From NCBI GenBank assembly GCA_963823665.1, contig CAWGMQ010000008.1, positions 1,376,001 through 1,440,000 on the forward strand: 64,000 bases of DNA. Direction: 5' to 3'. Shown here one piece after another: positions 9,330-20,566 of this stretch (position 1 is its first letter; every line of letters begins with the position of its first letter). This DNA comes from an uncultured Planctomycetota bacterium. GTDB taxonomy: Bacteria > Planctomycetota > Planctomycetia > Isosphaerales > Isosphaeraceae. The notes beneath the pieces were generated by a model. That model was not told the DNA's origin and ran no database searches. It saw only the letters and a list, made by a program, of their open reading frames with translations. The position numbers and the translations under genes were made by a program.

Positions 9330-11349
9330 TCACCGTCCGCGGAAGCCTCCCCAGCGCTTCGACGGGAAGCTTGACGCGGCCGCCCGGCCTGGCAGCCAGC
9401 GGGTCTTGAACCGGCACGATTCGCGCATCGCGAGGTGCAATCCGCTCGCGGCGACCGCGGTCGCGCCAAAGACCGTTGAGAATTCCAAGACCTTAGCCTG
9501 GCCCAGGCGCCTTCTTGCTCGCGCCAGGAGGTCGAGCGAGGCCAGTGGGATCAGGCCGCCGTTTGACGCCTCGATCGCGTAGTCCACCGCGAACGGCGAG
9601 AGTCCCTGAGCCTGCCAGCCGCCAACCGGGCCCGGGGCCTGCTCGCCCTTGGGTGCATCGGCCGGATCGAGCGGTTGGAACGGCTCGACGACATCGATGA
9701 GCGCCGGAGAATCGGTTTTCGGGGCAAGCTGAGGCTTGAACGCTTTTTGCAAGCTCGGTTTCGAGCGCCTGGCCGAAGATGTTCTGCGAGGGCGGCTGTT
9801 CCGCCTGTAGCGCGCTCGCCGAGTTAATCATCTGGGCGAGCACCGGCGCACTGCTTGAACTCAGGTGCAAGACGACCGGCGGTGTCGGCGCCGGCACGAT
9901 GATCACCGGCGCGAGTGTCGGCGTGCCCGAGGTCGAAGTCGACGTCGGGATCAGCGCGGTGATCGAGGTCGTCGAGAGCGTGAAGGTCGACGATGTGGTC
10001 GTGGTTGAATCCGTGGTCGAGCTGCCGGAAGTGGCGGCGACATCGTTCCGATGGGTGGGCACCGTCGCCGTGACGTGGGTCGCGGTCACCGGGGTCGGTT
10101 GAGTCGAAGCCGGGGTGTTCAACTGTACGAGCGCGGAGACCACCTGGTTGGCCTTGGGCGTGCCCAATCCGGTGGTGAGAGCATAAGTGGTCGACGCCGA
10201 GCCGGTTGTCGCCGGATGGTTGAAGGCGGAGCTCGAGATCTGGTAGAGGCTCGACTGTGCGTTCGACAGCGAGCCAACACCGTTCAAGGCGAGTCCCTGG
10301 TTGGCCACCGCGATCAAGCCCGCCCACGACGGGGCGCCGACGCTCGTGCCGCCGACGGTGTACCAGTTCGTCCGCCCGAATCCGGAATAGGGGATCGAAT
10401 CGTAGACCGAGACGCCCGTCGACGGGTCGGCGACGAACGACACGTCGGGCGTGGTGCGGCCGCTTGAGGACAGCCCGGCGGCACTGGCGGCGGCGGCTTG
10501 CCATGTGGGCTGCGATTCAAAGGGACTGGTGCCCGTGCCGGTGTCGCTCCAGGGAGTTTCCGAGACATAGTTCCCCTGGCTCGTCACGTTGAGCGTCGTG
10601 CCGCCGACCGAAAGCACGTTTGGTGAGGCCGAAGGATATTCCGTCGTTCCCGAGTCGCCCGACGCGGCCACGAACGTCACGCCGTTGTGCCCCGCGGGCG
10701 TGGTGAACACGCTGTCATAAGCCGACTCGCCGGAGAACTCGTTGGCTCCCCAGCTCATCGAGACCACGGACACGCCCGGAAGCTGGCTCGCGAACGACAC
10801 TCCGCTGAACAAATCGCTCAGCGTCGGCTGTGCCTCGACGAGCACGATATTCGCGGCCGGGGCCATCGCGTGCGCCCATTCCACGTCGAGCGCCGTTTCA
10901 AGCGCCCAGCCCGAATTGATCTGCCAGAGGCCGTTCTCGACGTACTGCGTGAACGAGCCGGGCGACTGCAAGCCATACTGCGAATCAAATGTCTGAAGGT
11001 CGGATGCGATGTTCGGATCGTAGGACGCGTCGACGATGGCGATCGTTTGACCGGCCCCGTTGCCGGTGACGCTGCCGAAGTTGATCTGGTTCAACCCGTA
11101 CGCGTTCCTGACGTCGGTCGGCGACAGGCCGGTCGGGCTCGAGCTGGTGAAAAGGGGCGTGACGGCTACGGCGGGCTGGGCGACAAGATGTTGGAGAGGC
11201 GCACTTGCCGTTGCGGCCGACTGCCCGACCGAGAGGAGCTGGCGATGCTCCAGGGCGTCATAGCGAAAGGCGAATCGGCGGAGCCTACGGGACACGGTGC
11301 GGATCGCCGCGCCGACGCGCGCGACGTCCGAAGAGCTCAAGGTGTGCAC
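9330..11349 (-). CDS. S53 (sedolisin-like) serine peptidase with Ser/Thr-rich tail; frameshift near 9750
   Basis: Leader 'DALEHRQLLS'; catalytic motifs 'ETALDVEW' (ExxxD), 'SGDSG' and 'GGTSVGAP'. The C-terminus appears to continue in ORF 9330-9752. Confidence 0.8.
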
Positions 11350-11464
11350 TTTCCCACCTCACCCAGTTGTTTGTTCAGGTTGATGCCAGGGGAAGACGTT
11401 GGCGATTATACTATAGACGTCGTATCCTCTGCCAAGTACCCGTCAACAGTTTCTCAGGACCAGC

Positions 11465-12007
11465 ATGATCCACCCCTGGCACGACGTCACCCCCGGCGAA
11501 CACCTCCCGTCTGAGTTCAATGCTCTCGTCGAAATTCCGATGGGCTCGAGCGTGAAGTACGAGCTCGACAAGAAGACGGGATTGCTGCGGCTCGATCGCG
11601 TGCTCTATTCGGCCGTCTATTACCCTGCCAACTATGGCTTCATACCTCAGACATTCGCCGAGGATGATGATCCGCTTGACGTGCTCGTGCTCTGCCAGGA
11701 AGCCCTCTGGCCGCTGACTCTGGTCTCCGCGCGTGCGATCGGCTTGATGACGATGATCGACGGCGGCAAGCGCGACCACAAGATTCTGGCAGTCGCCGTC
11801 CACGACCCGGAATTCAACAATTTCCGGGAGGCCTCGGAGCTTCCTCCGCACCGGCTCACGATGCTTCGGCGTTTCTTCCAGGACTACAAGCAGCTCGAAG
11901 GCAAATCAGTCGAGGTCGATGAATTCCAGCCCGCGGAGACGGCCCTGCCGGTGATCGAGGAATCACTCCAGCGCTACAGCCAGGCGCGGCGGCGCGGGTT
12001 TCATTGA
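11465..12007 (+). CDS. ppa: Inorganic pyrophosphatase (family I)
   Basis: 'HPWHD', 'KYELDK', 'YPANYGFIPQT', 'DDDPLDVL'. Confidence 0.95.
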   Translation: MIHPWHDVTPGEHLPSEFNALVEIPMGSSVKYELDKKTGLLRLDRVLYSAVYYPANYGFIPQTFAEDDDPLDVLVLCQEALWPLTLVSARAIGLMTMIDGGKRDHKILAVAVHDPEFNNFREASELPPHRLTMLRRFFQDYKQLEGKSVEVDEFQPAETALPVIEESLQRYSQARRRGFH

Positions 12008-12031
12008 ATTGATCGCTCCGCTTCGCGGTGC

Positions 12032-12799
12032 TTACGTCCTGTCGAATTCGTCGACTTTCTCCGAGCCTTTGGGAGCGGAAAACTTGAACGTGTCTTTGGC
12101 GATCTCGCCGTCGAGCTTCCAGCTCTTGTAAGTCTCGGTGGTGGTCACCTTGCCATCCGGCCCGTCGGCGATTCGGATCATTCTCAGGACGTACGGCTTC
12201 CCTTCGGCTGCGACCCACATTTCCCAATCGAATCCGTCCTGACTGAACTTGAGGCGGTGAACGGGAGCATCCCCCACTTTATCCTTGCCCACATAGGAGC
12301 AGGAATTCACTCCCAACATGAGCATGTCGCTCGGGTTTTCGGCCAGGATGTTGGCGAACAACATGCCGGTCAGCGTGGGTCCGACTTGCAGCATCATCAG
12401 TCCAATCTCTTCGAGTTTCTCGGGCGCAGTTTCCTGGGTGTATTGCTTGCGGCTCTTGCCGAAAATGGTGAGATTCTTGCCGTCGGCGATGATGTCGGGG
12501 CCCTTCGCCGGGTCGCCATCGACCTCCGTCTTGAGCGAAAGGTGGTTGGGCCGTTCGATATCGTAGACCGCTTTGACCTTGATATCACGCTTCTCGGCCC
12601 CGCTCCCCCCCACTGTGCTCACGAAGTCGCCTTCGGCGTGGAGCGACCTGGCGTTCTTGTAGAGATCCCCGGTCTGTTTGACGATGTCGACAACTTTCTT
12701 GTCGATCGCGTCGTCGGCGTGCAAGCGGGCGGTCATCGCCGGAACGAGCAACGCAAGCCCGGTCAGAAGTGCGGACACGAAAGGAGCGCGGCGGCTCAT
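12032..12799 (-). CDS. Secreted DUF2092/LolA-like protein
   Basis: Signal peptide; 'ERPNHLS', 'DGKNLTIF', 'DWEMWV', 'FKFSAPKG' pattern. Confidence 0.65.
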   Translation of the reverse strand: MSRRAPFVSALLTGLALLVPAMTARLHADDAIDKKVVDIVKQTGDLYKNARSLHAEGDFVSTVGGSGAEKRDIKVKAVYDIERPNHLSLKTEVDGDPAKGPDIIADGKNLTIFGKSRKQYTQETAPEKLEEIGLMMLQVGPTLTGMLFANILAENPSDMLMLGVNSCSYVGKDKVGDAPVHRLKFSQDGFDWEMWVAAEGKPYVLRMIRIADGPDGKVTTTETYKSWKLDGEIAKDTFKFSAPKGSEKVDEFDRT

Positions 12800-12986
12800 A
12801 ATGAATCTCCTGTTGGATCTCTGTCGAGGCGGAGGCCGGTTGATCGCGGCAAGAGCGACTTTCCGTCTCGTTGGTTCTAGCTCGGGGGTCGGCCTGACGG
12901 CGAGTTAACACAAGTTCCACGGCTGGCCGAAGTGAGGGTCGGCTGGACGGGACCGATCGCGCCGCTCCCGGTTGCAAAATAACGAC

Positions 12987-13193
12987 TTAGACGGCCGCGG
13001 CTGCCAGCAATGCGGCTTCGGGCTCGTTCACCTCGTCCTCGAACCGGAAGCAGCGCCAACCATTGGCCTGCTCGATGAGCAGGATCACCGGCTGGCGTCT
13101 CTCGGCAATGCGGTCGACCACGGTCCCGATGCTCGCGACACCGGTGTTCATCACGAACGAAACGACTTCGCCGACGGAAACAGAGCGATTCAT
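12987..13193 (-). CDS. Small hypothetical protein
   Basis: 68-aa ORF with an upstream GGAGGA ribosome-binding site. Confidence 0.45.
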   Translation of the reverse strand: MNRSVSVGEVVSFVMNTGVASIGTVVDRIAERRQPVILLIEQANGWRCFRFEDEVNEPEAALLAAAAV

Positions 13194-13371
13194 GGGCTTA
13201 TCCTCCCTGGAGACTCGGCGGTCGAGTCACGCCCTCCTGTCGTCATCGAAGTTATCGCACTTCGCCGCAAATGTCAGGGGCAGTTCTCGAAGTTTGGCGG
13301 ATTCGACCTGGGAAAGCTGGTAAACTGCGCAAACCAGGGGCGCGACAATCTTCGATTGGCGGGTTGGCCGC

Positions 13372-13477
13372 GTGGAGACCTGCGGTCGCTGAGGAGGGCG
13401 GGGTCTGGAGACCCACGCCTAACAGCCACTGGAGACCCGCGCCTAAGAGCCAATGGAAACCCGCGCCCAACAGGCAT
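13372..13477. repeat. REP-like element plus three tandem 24-bp imperfect repeats
   Basis: tggagacccacgcctaacagccac / tggagacccgcgcctaagagccaa / tggaaacccgcgcccaacaggcat from 13406, preceded by 'tggagacctgcggtcgc'. Confidence 0.7.
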
Positions 13478-13515
13478 TCAATCGAAGATTGGCGGGACAT
13501 CAGGGGTGTGAGGAC

Positions 13516-16369
13516 TCATGAGGACGACGACGTACCCTCGGTCGCGTCGACGTAGAACTCAGAGGACGCGAGCAGCGTCACGACGATCGAGCGGAGCTGC
13601 ACATTTTCGTGTTTCATCTGGGAGAGGTACAGCACGATCTCGGGTTGGGTCGGGTCGCGGTTGAGCACGGTGTTATAGGCCTGGGTCAGAAGAGACTGCC
13701 TGCCCAGATTGGATTGGAGCAAGGCGTCGGCAACGCGAATGCGTGACTTGCCCTCGCTCAACTGGTGCTCGGTCTGCAGGTTCGGAAACGTGGTCCCGAA
13801 GACGGAGAACAGCAAGCTCTGATAGAAGCTCGTGTAGGTGCCGCCGCTCGATTTGTAGAATAATTCCGACCCCAGAAGCGCGGCCTGCACGCTGGTGCTC
13901 GTCCGCTGGGCCGTCTTCACCACGCCCTCGACCTCGCCCTGAGTGCCGTTCATCCCCAGAATACAGGTTGAACGCGTTTTGCACGGCGACGAGTTTCGCC
14001 TCCTTGCCCTTGGAGATCTCGCTGGCAATCGAATACCGCGAGCGACCCTTGGCGAGCTGCTTGTTCCAGTAGGGGATCTCGGCGGTTGTGATGGGCCGGT
14101 CGAGCAGGATCTCGAAGAGCTGATTGAGCCAACGCTCGTTGGCTGTTCCCGTCGATACCGTCACGGCGGATGATGTGCTGCTGGCGAAGTTCGTGTCACC
14201 GGAATACTGGGCCGTTATCGAGTTGACGGTGATCGGCAGGGTCGTGGTGAAGGTCGCGTTGCCGCCTGAAAGCGTGTCCGGTGCCGATCGAATTGCCGTT
14301 ATTCAGGAATTCGACCGTGCCGGTCGGCACGCCCGCGCCCGGGCTGGTTGGAGAAACCGTTGCTGTGATCGTGACCGATTGAGTCGCCTCCGGGTTCGTA
14401 TTCGAAACCGTCACGGTCGTCGAAGTCGTCGACTGGCCGATCGTGACCGTGCCCGTCGACGTGCCGCCCGTGAAGTCGGTATCGCCCGAATAGACCATCG
14501 AAATCGTGTCGGTGCCCGCCGGCAAACTTGATGTCGTGATACTGCCCACGCCGCTGGCGAGTGTCGCTGAGCCGAGCGTTGTCGAGCCGAGCATGAACGC
14601 GACCGTTCCCGTGGGCGTTCCGGTGCCGGGGCTGACGACGACCACGTCGGCCGTGAGCGTGACCGCCTGCCCGGAAACCGGCGAGCTTGGCGTTGTAGAG
14701 AGGATCGCCGATGTCGAAGCCTGCCCAACAGTCACCGTGGTGGCTGAGCGAGGTCTGGCCCGTGAAATTGGTGTCGCCGGAGTATTGAACGGTGATCGAA
14801 TTGGCACCGAGCGCCAGGGTGCTCGTGGGGATGCTCGCGGTGCCGCAGGAAAGAGTCTCCGTTCCCAGCGTGTTGGTACCATTGAAGAACTGAACCGTTC
14901 CGGTTGGCATTCCGGCGCCGGGGCTCACCGGCAGGACGGTCGCCGTGAAAGTGACGCTCTCCCCGAAAACCGGGGTCGTGGTCGACGGAGTGAGCGTGGT
15001 GGTCGAGGCGGATTTTGCAACCGCGACCGTCACGGCGGGCGAGGTGCTGCCGGCGAAGTTCGAGTCGCCGGAATACTGGGCGGTGATCGAGTTGCTTGCC
15101 ACGGGCAGCGTGGTGACGTTCAGAGTAACGCTATCGCTGCCATTTGCGAGCACTTCCGTTCCCAGGGAAGTTGCTCCGTTGAAGAACTGAACGGAGCCGG
15201 TCGGCGGGGCGTCGATCCGGTGGGACCGGTGACGGTTGCCGTGAGCGCAACCGACTGGCCGAAGACCGGCGAAGCCGGAGTGGGCGTCACCATCGTCGTG
15301 CTCTGATCGAGCTCGGTCAAAACGACCGAGTTCGAGTTGCTGCCCGTGCCGCCGACATAGCTGATCTGGAACGGCATTCCCGAGATCAGTACGGTCGACA
15401 AGGGCGGCTTGTCCGTCGAAGGTGCCGGTGATCGTCGAGCTTCCCGTATTGTCAAGGATCGTGTAGGTCGAGCCAACGGCCGGGACGAAGTCATTACCGA
15501 GCGTCGCGCTCAAGGTGGCACCGCTCAATGCAATGGGGCCGGCCGCCTGCAACTGACTGTAGTTGCCCGTTCCGTTGCCCGGAGTGGTTCCGTCAAGCAC
15601 CACCTTGAACGTCGAATTGTTCGAGCTGGTATCGGCCTCGAGCGAAAGGGCTCCGGCATCGGTCAATATTCCCGGAGCCGGATTGCCCGGGGTGATCGTT
15701 CCACCGGTCGCCGACACCGATGCGACGGTCCCCATCCCTCCGAGTGTCGCACCCGTGCTGACTGTCACTGCACTGGCACTTTGATTACCGTCAACCAGGA
15801 GCGTTCCGGCGGTGACAGCCGTGTCACCGGTGTAGGTGTTATCTGCCGTCAAGTCGACCGTGCCGCTACCGGCGGTCGTGATCCCATCCGAGCCCGAGAT
15901 CACCCCGCCCAGCGTGAGCGACTCGCCGGAATTGTCCACGGTCACGATCGTCGCCTGCGACAGGGCGAGCGGAACGTCGAAGACGTTCGGATTTGACGTC
16001 TGCGCCGAGTCGATCGACGTGAATGAGGCGGTGCTGCCGCTGGCCGCGGAGATCGAGTATCCGCCGCCTGTGAACGACAAGGACCCAAAGGTCGCTCCGG
16101 GCCCCAGATCGTCGACATTCGTCAGTTGCATCGCGCCCGACGGGAAAGACCAGGTTCGTCCCTGCGCCGCTCGTCGGCGGAACATCCCAGTTGCCGGCCG
16201 TCGACCAGTTCGCATCGCCGCCCATACCGGTCCACGTGCTGGTCGACATCACCAGCCGCGCCTCGAGTCGCTCAAGCACAAGCCGTCTGCGCTCTGACGT
16301 CCGCGCTCCACGACGAGCGGTCCTCGATTCCGTTCGCAAACGACCAAAGCCTGACCGGCTGAACGACAT
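13516..16369 (-). CDS. Large extracellular protein: autotransporter-associated beta-strand repeat, several Ig-like (Big_3-type) repeats and a DUF4214-like C-terminus; multiple frameshifts
   Basis: Leader 'LERLEARLVMS', 'NTYTGDTAVTAGTL', repeated 'VFGESVTFTATV...PTGTVQF...YSGDTNF', and 'YNTVLNRDP...LLASSEFY'. The pieces are spread over six overlapping ORFs. Confidence 0.75.
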
Positions 16370-16638
16370 GACGAAAACTCCGTTTAGAGGACCACCTTCC
16401 GTGCGCACAGTGCGATCGTGACCCCCGCCATCCCAGTTCGTCAGCTCTTTCGCACTTCTCTTACGATCGACCGATATCAGCGCCGAACTGTCGCCAGAAA
16501 ACTCGCTGACTTGCCGAGAATATCCATTATTGTCATTTTAGCTGCTTTAACAGAAGTAAGGATTGATTTGGTCTGGAGCACGATGGACGATAGGATCGGC
16601 GGCCGTGTTTGAAGCCCTGACAGTCCGAGATTTCGCTC

Positions 16639-16872
16639 ATGCCGGATGATCCGCGTCCCCATCGATCGGTGAACGTTGGTGATCGGCCGATCAACCTGAC
16701 ACAGGCGCTCAAGCTGGCGGGATGTGTGCAAAGCGGAGGAGAGGCGAAGTTGCTGATTGCGGACGGGCGGGTACGGGTTAACGGCGAGGTGGAGCTGCGG
16801 AAACGGCGGAAGATGTGCGCCGGCGATCGTGTCGACGTGGAAGGCGGCGTGCACTTCGACCTCGCGACTTGA
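16639..16872 (+). CDS. S4-domain RNA-binding protein (YaaA/YbcJ family)
   Basis: 'INLTQALKLAG..SGGEAKLLIADGRVRVNGEVELRKRRK'. Confidence 0.9.
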   Translation: MPDDPRPHRSVNVGDRPINLTQALKLAGCVQSGGEAKLLIADGRVRVNGEVELRKRRKMCAGDRVDVEGGVHFDLAT

Positions 16873-16879
16873 CGAGCAC

Positions 16880-17098
16880 TCAGTCTGGCTTCGCGTCTCC
16901 GGCTTTGACGCAAGGAAGCTCGGCAATCGAGGGGCAACCCGTGGGAAGCTCGGCTTCCTCGAGGATCATGTTGGGGATGTCGTCTTCGATCGAAAAGCGG
17001 GGACCGCATCGTGTGCAGATGAGGACGTCTCCCTCGCGCCGCAGTGGGGCCCTGCCCAGCGGGCAGACCAACAGCGATAACAGCGCCTCGTTTACCAT
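16880..17098 (-). CDS. Trm112/YcaR-family protein
   Basis: 'LLVCPLGRAPL...LICTRCGPRFSIEDDIPNMI'. Confidence 0.85.
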   Translation of the reverse strand: MVNEALLSLLVCPLGRAPLRREGDVLICTRCGPRFSIEDDIPNMILEEAELPTGCPSIAELPCVKAGDAKPD

Positions 17099-17224
17099 GG
17101 GCCGGAGTCTCCGTGGTCGGTTGCGGTTTGAGCGGTTGTGGCGTCTATTATGCGGTGGGCGTGTGAGAGAATCAAAGGCCGCTGTTGCGCGCCCTCAGCG
17201 CGGCGGGTGTTGTCAGCTTCGCGC

Positions 17225-17340
17225 GCGAAAATGATTGCGAAGTGATTCAACGCTGCTCTCCATTTCGGAATCGGCAGCGTCCACTTCTTGGACGCTTCGT
17301 GAATTGCCAAGTAGACGAGCTTCAGCGCTGATTCCTGCGA
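17225..17340 (-). pseudogene. IS256-family transposase C-terminal fragment
   Basis: Translates as 'SQESALKLVYLAIHEASKKWTLPIPKWRAALNHFAIIF', typical of the IS256 transposase C-terminus. Confidence 0.75.
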
Positions 17341-17344
17341 GGAA

Positions 17345-18226
17345 AGCGCGCCCGAAACTCTTGATCGCCCGGATGCGTGGCTGTGCGAACTGACGTTGCG
17401 GGAGGCCGACATCATTCCCCGAACCCGGCAGACCGAAGGCTGACGCGCTGCGCCATCGGAAACTCTTCCGCCGCGCGAACCGATCGCGAGCGGCCTTGTC
17501 GATGCCGCGGAGCGTCGGGCACCTGCTGGCTCTTCTACCGCGGTCTCGACCGTGCTGCGCCAGGCGGCGTCAGGACGGCCGCTGCCTGCGCGGGTGTCGG
17601 ATCAAGGGTTTCTGCCGATCGAGACTAGAAAGTATGTCATGCTGCTCGATTGGACGGGCCGGGAACTCAGGCGGGACAAGCGTGGGGCAATCGCTGAAGA
17701 CTTGGCTCCCATCCTGGGCCGGCTAGGAGTGGATCGATCGAATTGGGTGCAGACGGTGCGCGACTTCGGTCGCATGTTCAAGCAAGCGGCAGGTCGAGCG
17801 AGTTCGCTTGTGAGCGCGGCACCGCGTTGCTCACGGCGCTGGTTTCAGGGCAAGGCGGCCGCGCAAGTCGCGTTTCTGTAAGTAAGCGGCTCGCTCGGTA
17901 CCGCTGGTCGCAGCGGCAGACCCGGAATTCGGTTGGATTCGAGGCCAGCCTGCGCCGTTTCCTTCCCCGGCGCGGCAAGCGACGAAGCCTGGCCGTCGAT
18001 ATCGAGCGGTTCGCAGCAACCGACGCGTGCAAACGCCGGCGACGCAGCCGAGCGCACCCGGTCGCTGACCGTGCGTGACAAAGCGCGCGCTGTGCGCGGC
18101 GTCGGCCGGGAGGTATCCAGCGCCCGCGGGACGCGAACCGATGCGAGTCAAGTGCGTGTGTCTTTCCGCGGGACCGACAGCAGAGGGTGGGTGTAGTGGT
18201 CCCTGAGGGTGGGTGTCTGGGTCCCT
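17345..18226 (+). mobile_element. Truncated (3' half) copy of the Y1/RAYT-like element found at 20271-22107
   Basis: Encodes a near-identical C-terminus ('RPLPARVSDQGFLPIETRKYVMLLDWTGREL...KAAAQVAFL', stop at 17881). The homologous 3' non-coding tail ends in two copies of GAGGGTGGGTGT (18183, 18205). Confidence 0.85.
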
Positions 18227-18896
18227 TCGCTTAACGACCGTCGTGGAAATGGCGGAGCGCTGTGGTGATGATTTTAGGGACGAACGACACTTCCCAGTTG
18301 TTCGCGTTCAGAGCGGGTAGGCACCGCACGAGCGGACCATGCCAATTCCTCGCGGACAAAGAGAACCAGATTCCGCTAAGATCTGCCGGCCTCGAGGACC
18401 CGTGCAGATGAGCACATTTTAGGCACGTGCGATTCGCCGGAGCCTCGCCAAATCGGGTTTCGTCTCTCTCGCGACGCTGGTATCCTGGCTTAAGACGTGG
18501 TCGAGAGATTCACGTGCCGAGGCGAGTCGACGCACGAATCCGGTCTGAAGAGATTGCGCGTTGTTTCGCGTCGTAGAGCGTGCTGTGGATCAGTGCAGGC
18601 AAACGGCGCGGGACAGGCCAACTGCGCCCGACGTCCAAGGAACCTTAAGCGTGCTTCGGCGATGCATGCGAAATCACACAACACGACCGTCAGCCAAAAT
18701 CAGGCGCCGGCCCTGGACGTGGTCGCCTTGCAGTGATATAGGTTGGGAAGCGGAGGCATGGCGTGGTTGGCCCCGGAGCAGTGTAGTGTGAAGCATGCCT
18801 TCCGAGACACTCGGTCAATCAGCAGGATACTGGCCTGGAGTTCGGAGCCGTCCGCTCTCGCATCGCGCACGAAAACAGACCCAAAAGAGCAGACCG

Positions 18897-19568
18897 ATGG
18901 CAATTGCGATTCTTCGAGGCTCGGCTGTTCGCAGGCGTGGCCTGCGAAACTGGAGGCTTAGCGTCCTCGACTGCCTCGTGGCAGTCGCGTGTTTCGCCGC
19001 AGGGCTCGTACTATCGAGGACCTACTATCTCGAGAAGGAGTCAAGGCGGGCGACTATGTTGCGCATCCTGTCGCCGGAATTCGTCGACGATACGGACGGC
19101 CTCCACGCGGCGACGAAATCAAATCGGCAGCTCCCGCCCGATCCGCAGAAAATCCTGAACATTACGGGCGCGGCACACGCCTCGATGCTAGTGTACGCGT
19201 GCTGTCTGCTGGTCGCGCAATTTGTCCGATGTCGAGACTCGATTTCCGACGCAGTCCGGCGCCCGGGAATGGCGAGCTGCATCACCTGCGTGACAATTCT
19301 CCTCGTCGGCGTTGTAATTCTACTCCTGAGGGTTCTTACGGTCAGGCTGCTGTTTCACCGATGGTTGTCGCCTATCGGTTGGGTCGGACTGATCGATACT
19401 CTCGAGTTGAAGGTAGGCGCGGCTACTGCGGCGATCTGGTTAATCTTGGCTGTTGGTGGGAGCATGCGGCTTAGGTGGTGCTGGCTTGAAGTGGCCGGCG
19501 TTTGCCTAGGAGTAGGATGGATACTAGAGCCGTTTGTTTGTGCAATCGTCTTCGCTGCGATCTTGTGA
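18897..19568 (+). CDS. Hypothetical multi-pass membrane protein
   Basis: Four to five hydrophobic segments and an 'RLSVLDCLVAVACFAAGL' N-terminal motif. Confidence 0.6.
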   Translation: MAIAILRGSAVRRRGLRNWRLSVLDCLVAVACFAAGLVLSRTYYLEKESRRATMLRILSPEFVDDTDGLHAATKSNRQLPPDPQKILNITGAAHASMLVYACCLLVAQFVRCRDSISDAVRRPGMASCITCVTILLVGVVILLLRVLTVRLLFHRWLSPIGWVGLIDTLELKVGAATAAIWLILAVGGSMRLRWCWLEVAGVCLGVGWILEPFVCAIVFAAIL

Positions 19569-19619
19569 ACACGGGCGACCGGGAGGGGGAAGCGGGGAAA
19601 GCCACGGGGAGTCCGGACG

Positions 19620-19810
19620 TTGCGCCAAGGAGCTCGGAAGAGGATCATGTTAAATGTGAAATTTTTGAACGGAACCCTGCGGGCAGCCCATCCCCTCCCG
19701 GCAGAGCCCGGCCTGAAGCCGGATACGAGTCTTGCGTGGGTGAGAAGCGACCCTCACTGCGAAGTCTAGACAGCGAGATCAAAACGGTGTGCGATTGAGT
19801 GCCGAAATTC
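19620..19810 (+). ncRNA. Probable group II intron 5'/domain I fragment
   Basis: Begins TTGCGCC. Contains 'gccggatacgagtcttgcgtggg...gcgaagtctagacagcg...gattgagtgccgaaa', resembling domain I of bacterial group II introns (recognised from memory). Confidence 0.5.
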
Positions 19811-19878
19811 ACTCTATCCTGAGTTCTAGTCCTTCTCTGACGCGGGAGGCGGTTCTTGTCCTCGGGGTCAGACCTACG

Positions 19879-20050
19879 GTGCGCGGTGTAAAGGTGTTGG
19901 TTCTTCAGTGGGTGCAATTCCCACCCGGCAACTGGGTCGCTCCAGCCGGTAGCTATCGGAGCGGCGGTGGAGGTAACGAAGCCGTCGGAGCCTTCGAGAC
20001 AGATGTGTCGCTTTGCCGATACAGCGAGCAGGCAGGCCGTAACGCGAGGG
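19879..20050 (+). ncRNA. Group II intron 5' end/domain I fragment
   Basis: Canonical GTGCG start, then a 'gtgggtgcaattcccac' stem and 'gcggcggtggaggtaacgaagccgtc'. Confidence 0.6.
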
Positions 20051-20056
20051 GGCGGC

Positions 20057-20089
20057 GCCGGGTCGCCCTGGGGGATTTCTCCCCCAGGT
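20057..20089 (-). ncRNA. Isolated group II intron domain VI (3' end)
   Basis: Minus strand reads 'acctgggggagaaatcccccagggcgacccggc', a domain VI-like hairpin with a bulged A. Confidence 0.6.
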
Positions 20090-20268
20090 GCCGGGTAAGG
20101 AGGTGACGTTACCGCCACCCCCTCCCCTCAGAACTGCACGTGAAAGTTTCCCTTCATGCAGCTCAAGCCTTCACGAACGCCCCTCGCAGGACGCGGCCGC
20201 TTTTGTCAGTCGTTCTTGGACATGGATCTGCCGATGATAGTTGGCATGCAACAACTCCAAGTTGTCGG
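20090..20268 (-). mobile_element. Group II intron 3' remnant: IEP HNH C-terminus plus domains V and VI
   Basis: Minus strand encodes 'DNLELLHANYHRQIH...EGRS*' (stop at 20171). The 34-nt domain V GAGCTGCATGAAGGGAAACTTTCACGTGCAGTTC (20131-20164) has the AGC triad and GAAA loop. Domain VI ends ...ttacccggc. Confidence 0.85.
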
Positions 20269-20270
20269 CT

Positions 20271-20348
20271 GGGATGGCAGACACCCACCGATCTCGGGAT
20301 GGCAGACACCCACCGATCTCATGTTGATGGCAGACACCCACCGATCTC
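20271..20348. repeat. Three tandem copies of a 23-bp motif at the left end of the Y1 element
   Basis: gatggcagacacccaccgatctc x3. The core AGACACCCACC is the reverse complement of GGTGGGTGTCT at 22097-22107. Confidence 0.85.
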
Positions 20349-20566
20349 ATGTGAAGCTGGCATCCCGGTCCAGATGCCGCCATCGGGCTCGTTCCGAAGC
20401 AACTGCGGCGGTGGCCGTCGGAACTCCTGGTTAGCTCCGAGGAGTTCGCTGTCGAGTTTTTTCTCAACACTCTTGACACCCGCGCCATGGTTGATATTTT
20501 TGTCCATTACTGATCTTGTGAATACTCTTGCTAATGTGCTGCACCTGCCTGGTGATGGAGCCTTAC

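Noticed and set aside
3426..16369. Programmed frameshifting or true pseudogenes in the MBL, ECF, S53 and Ig-repeat genes
   Set aside because: Indels are scattered over unrelated genes without in-frame stops or shared slippery sites. Assembly error is more parsimonious.
19570..20268. Functional group II intron, retron or DGR
   Set aside because: There is no reverse transcriptase ORF in the window, the 5' and 3' pieces lie on opposite strands, and no template/variable repeat pair was seen.
20271..20348. CRISPR repeats or iterons
   Set aside because: The copies are directly adjacent without spacers, and the core matches the inverted end motif of the Y1 element.
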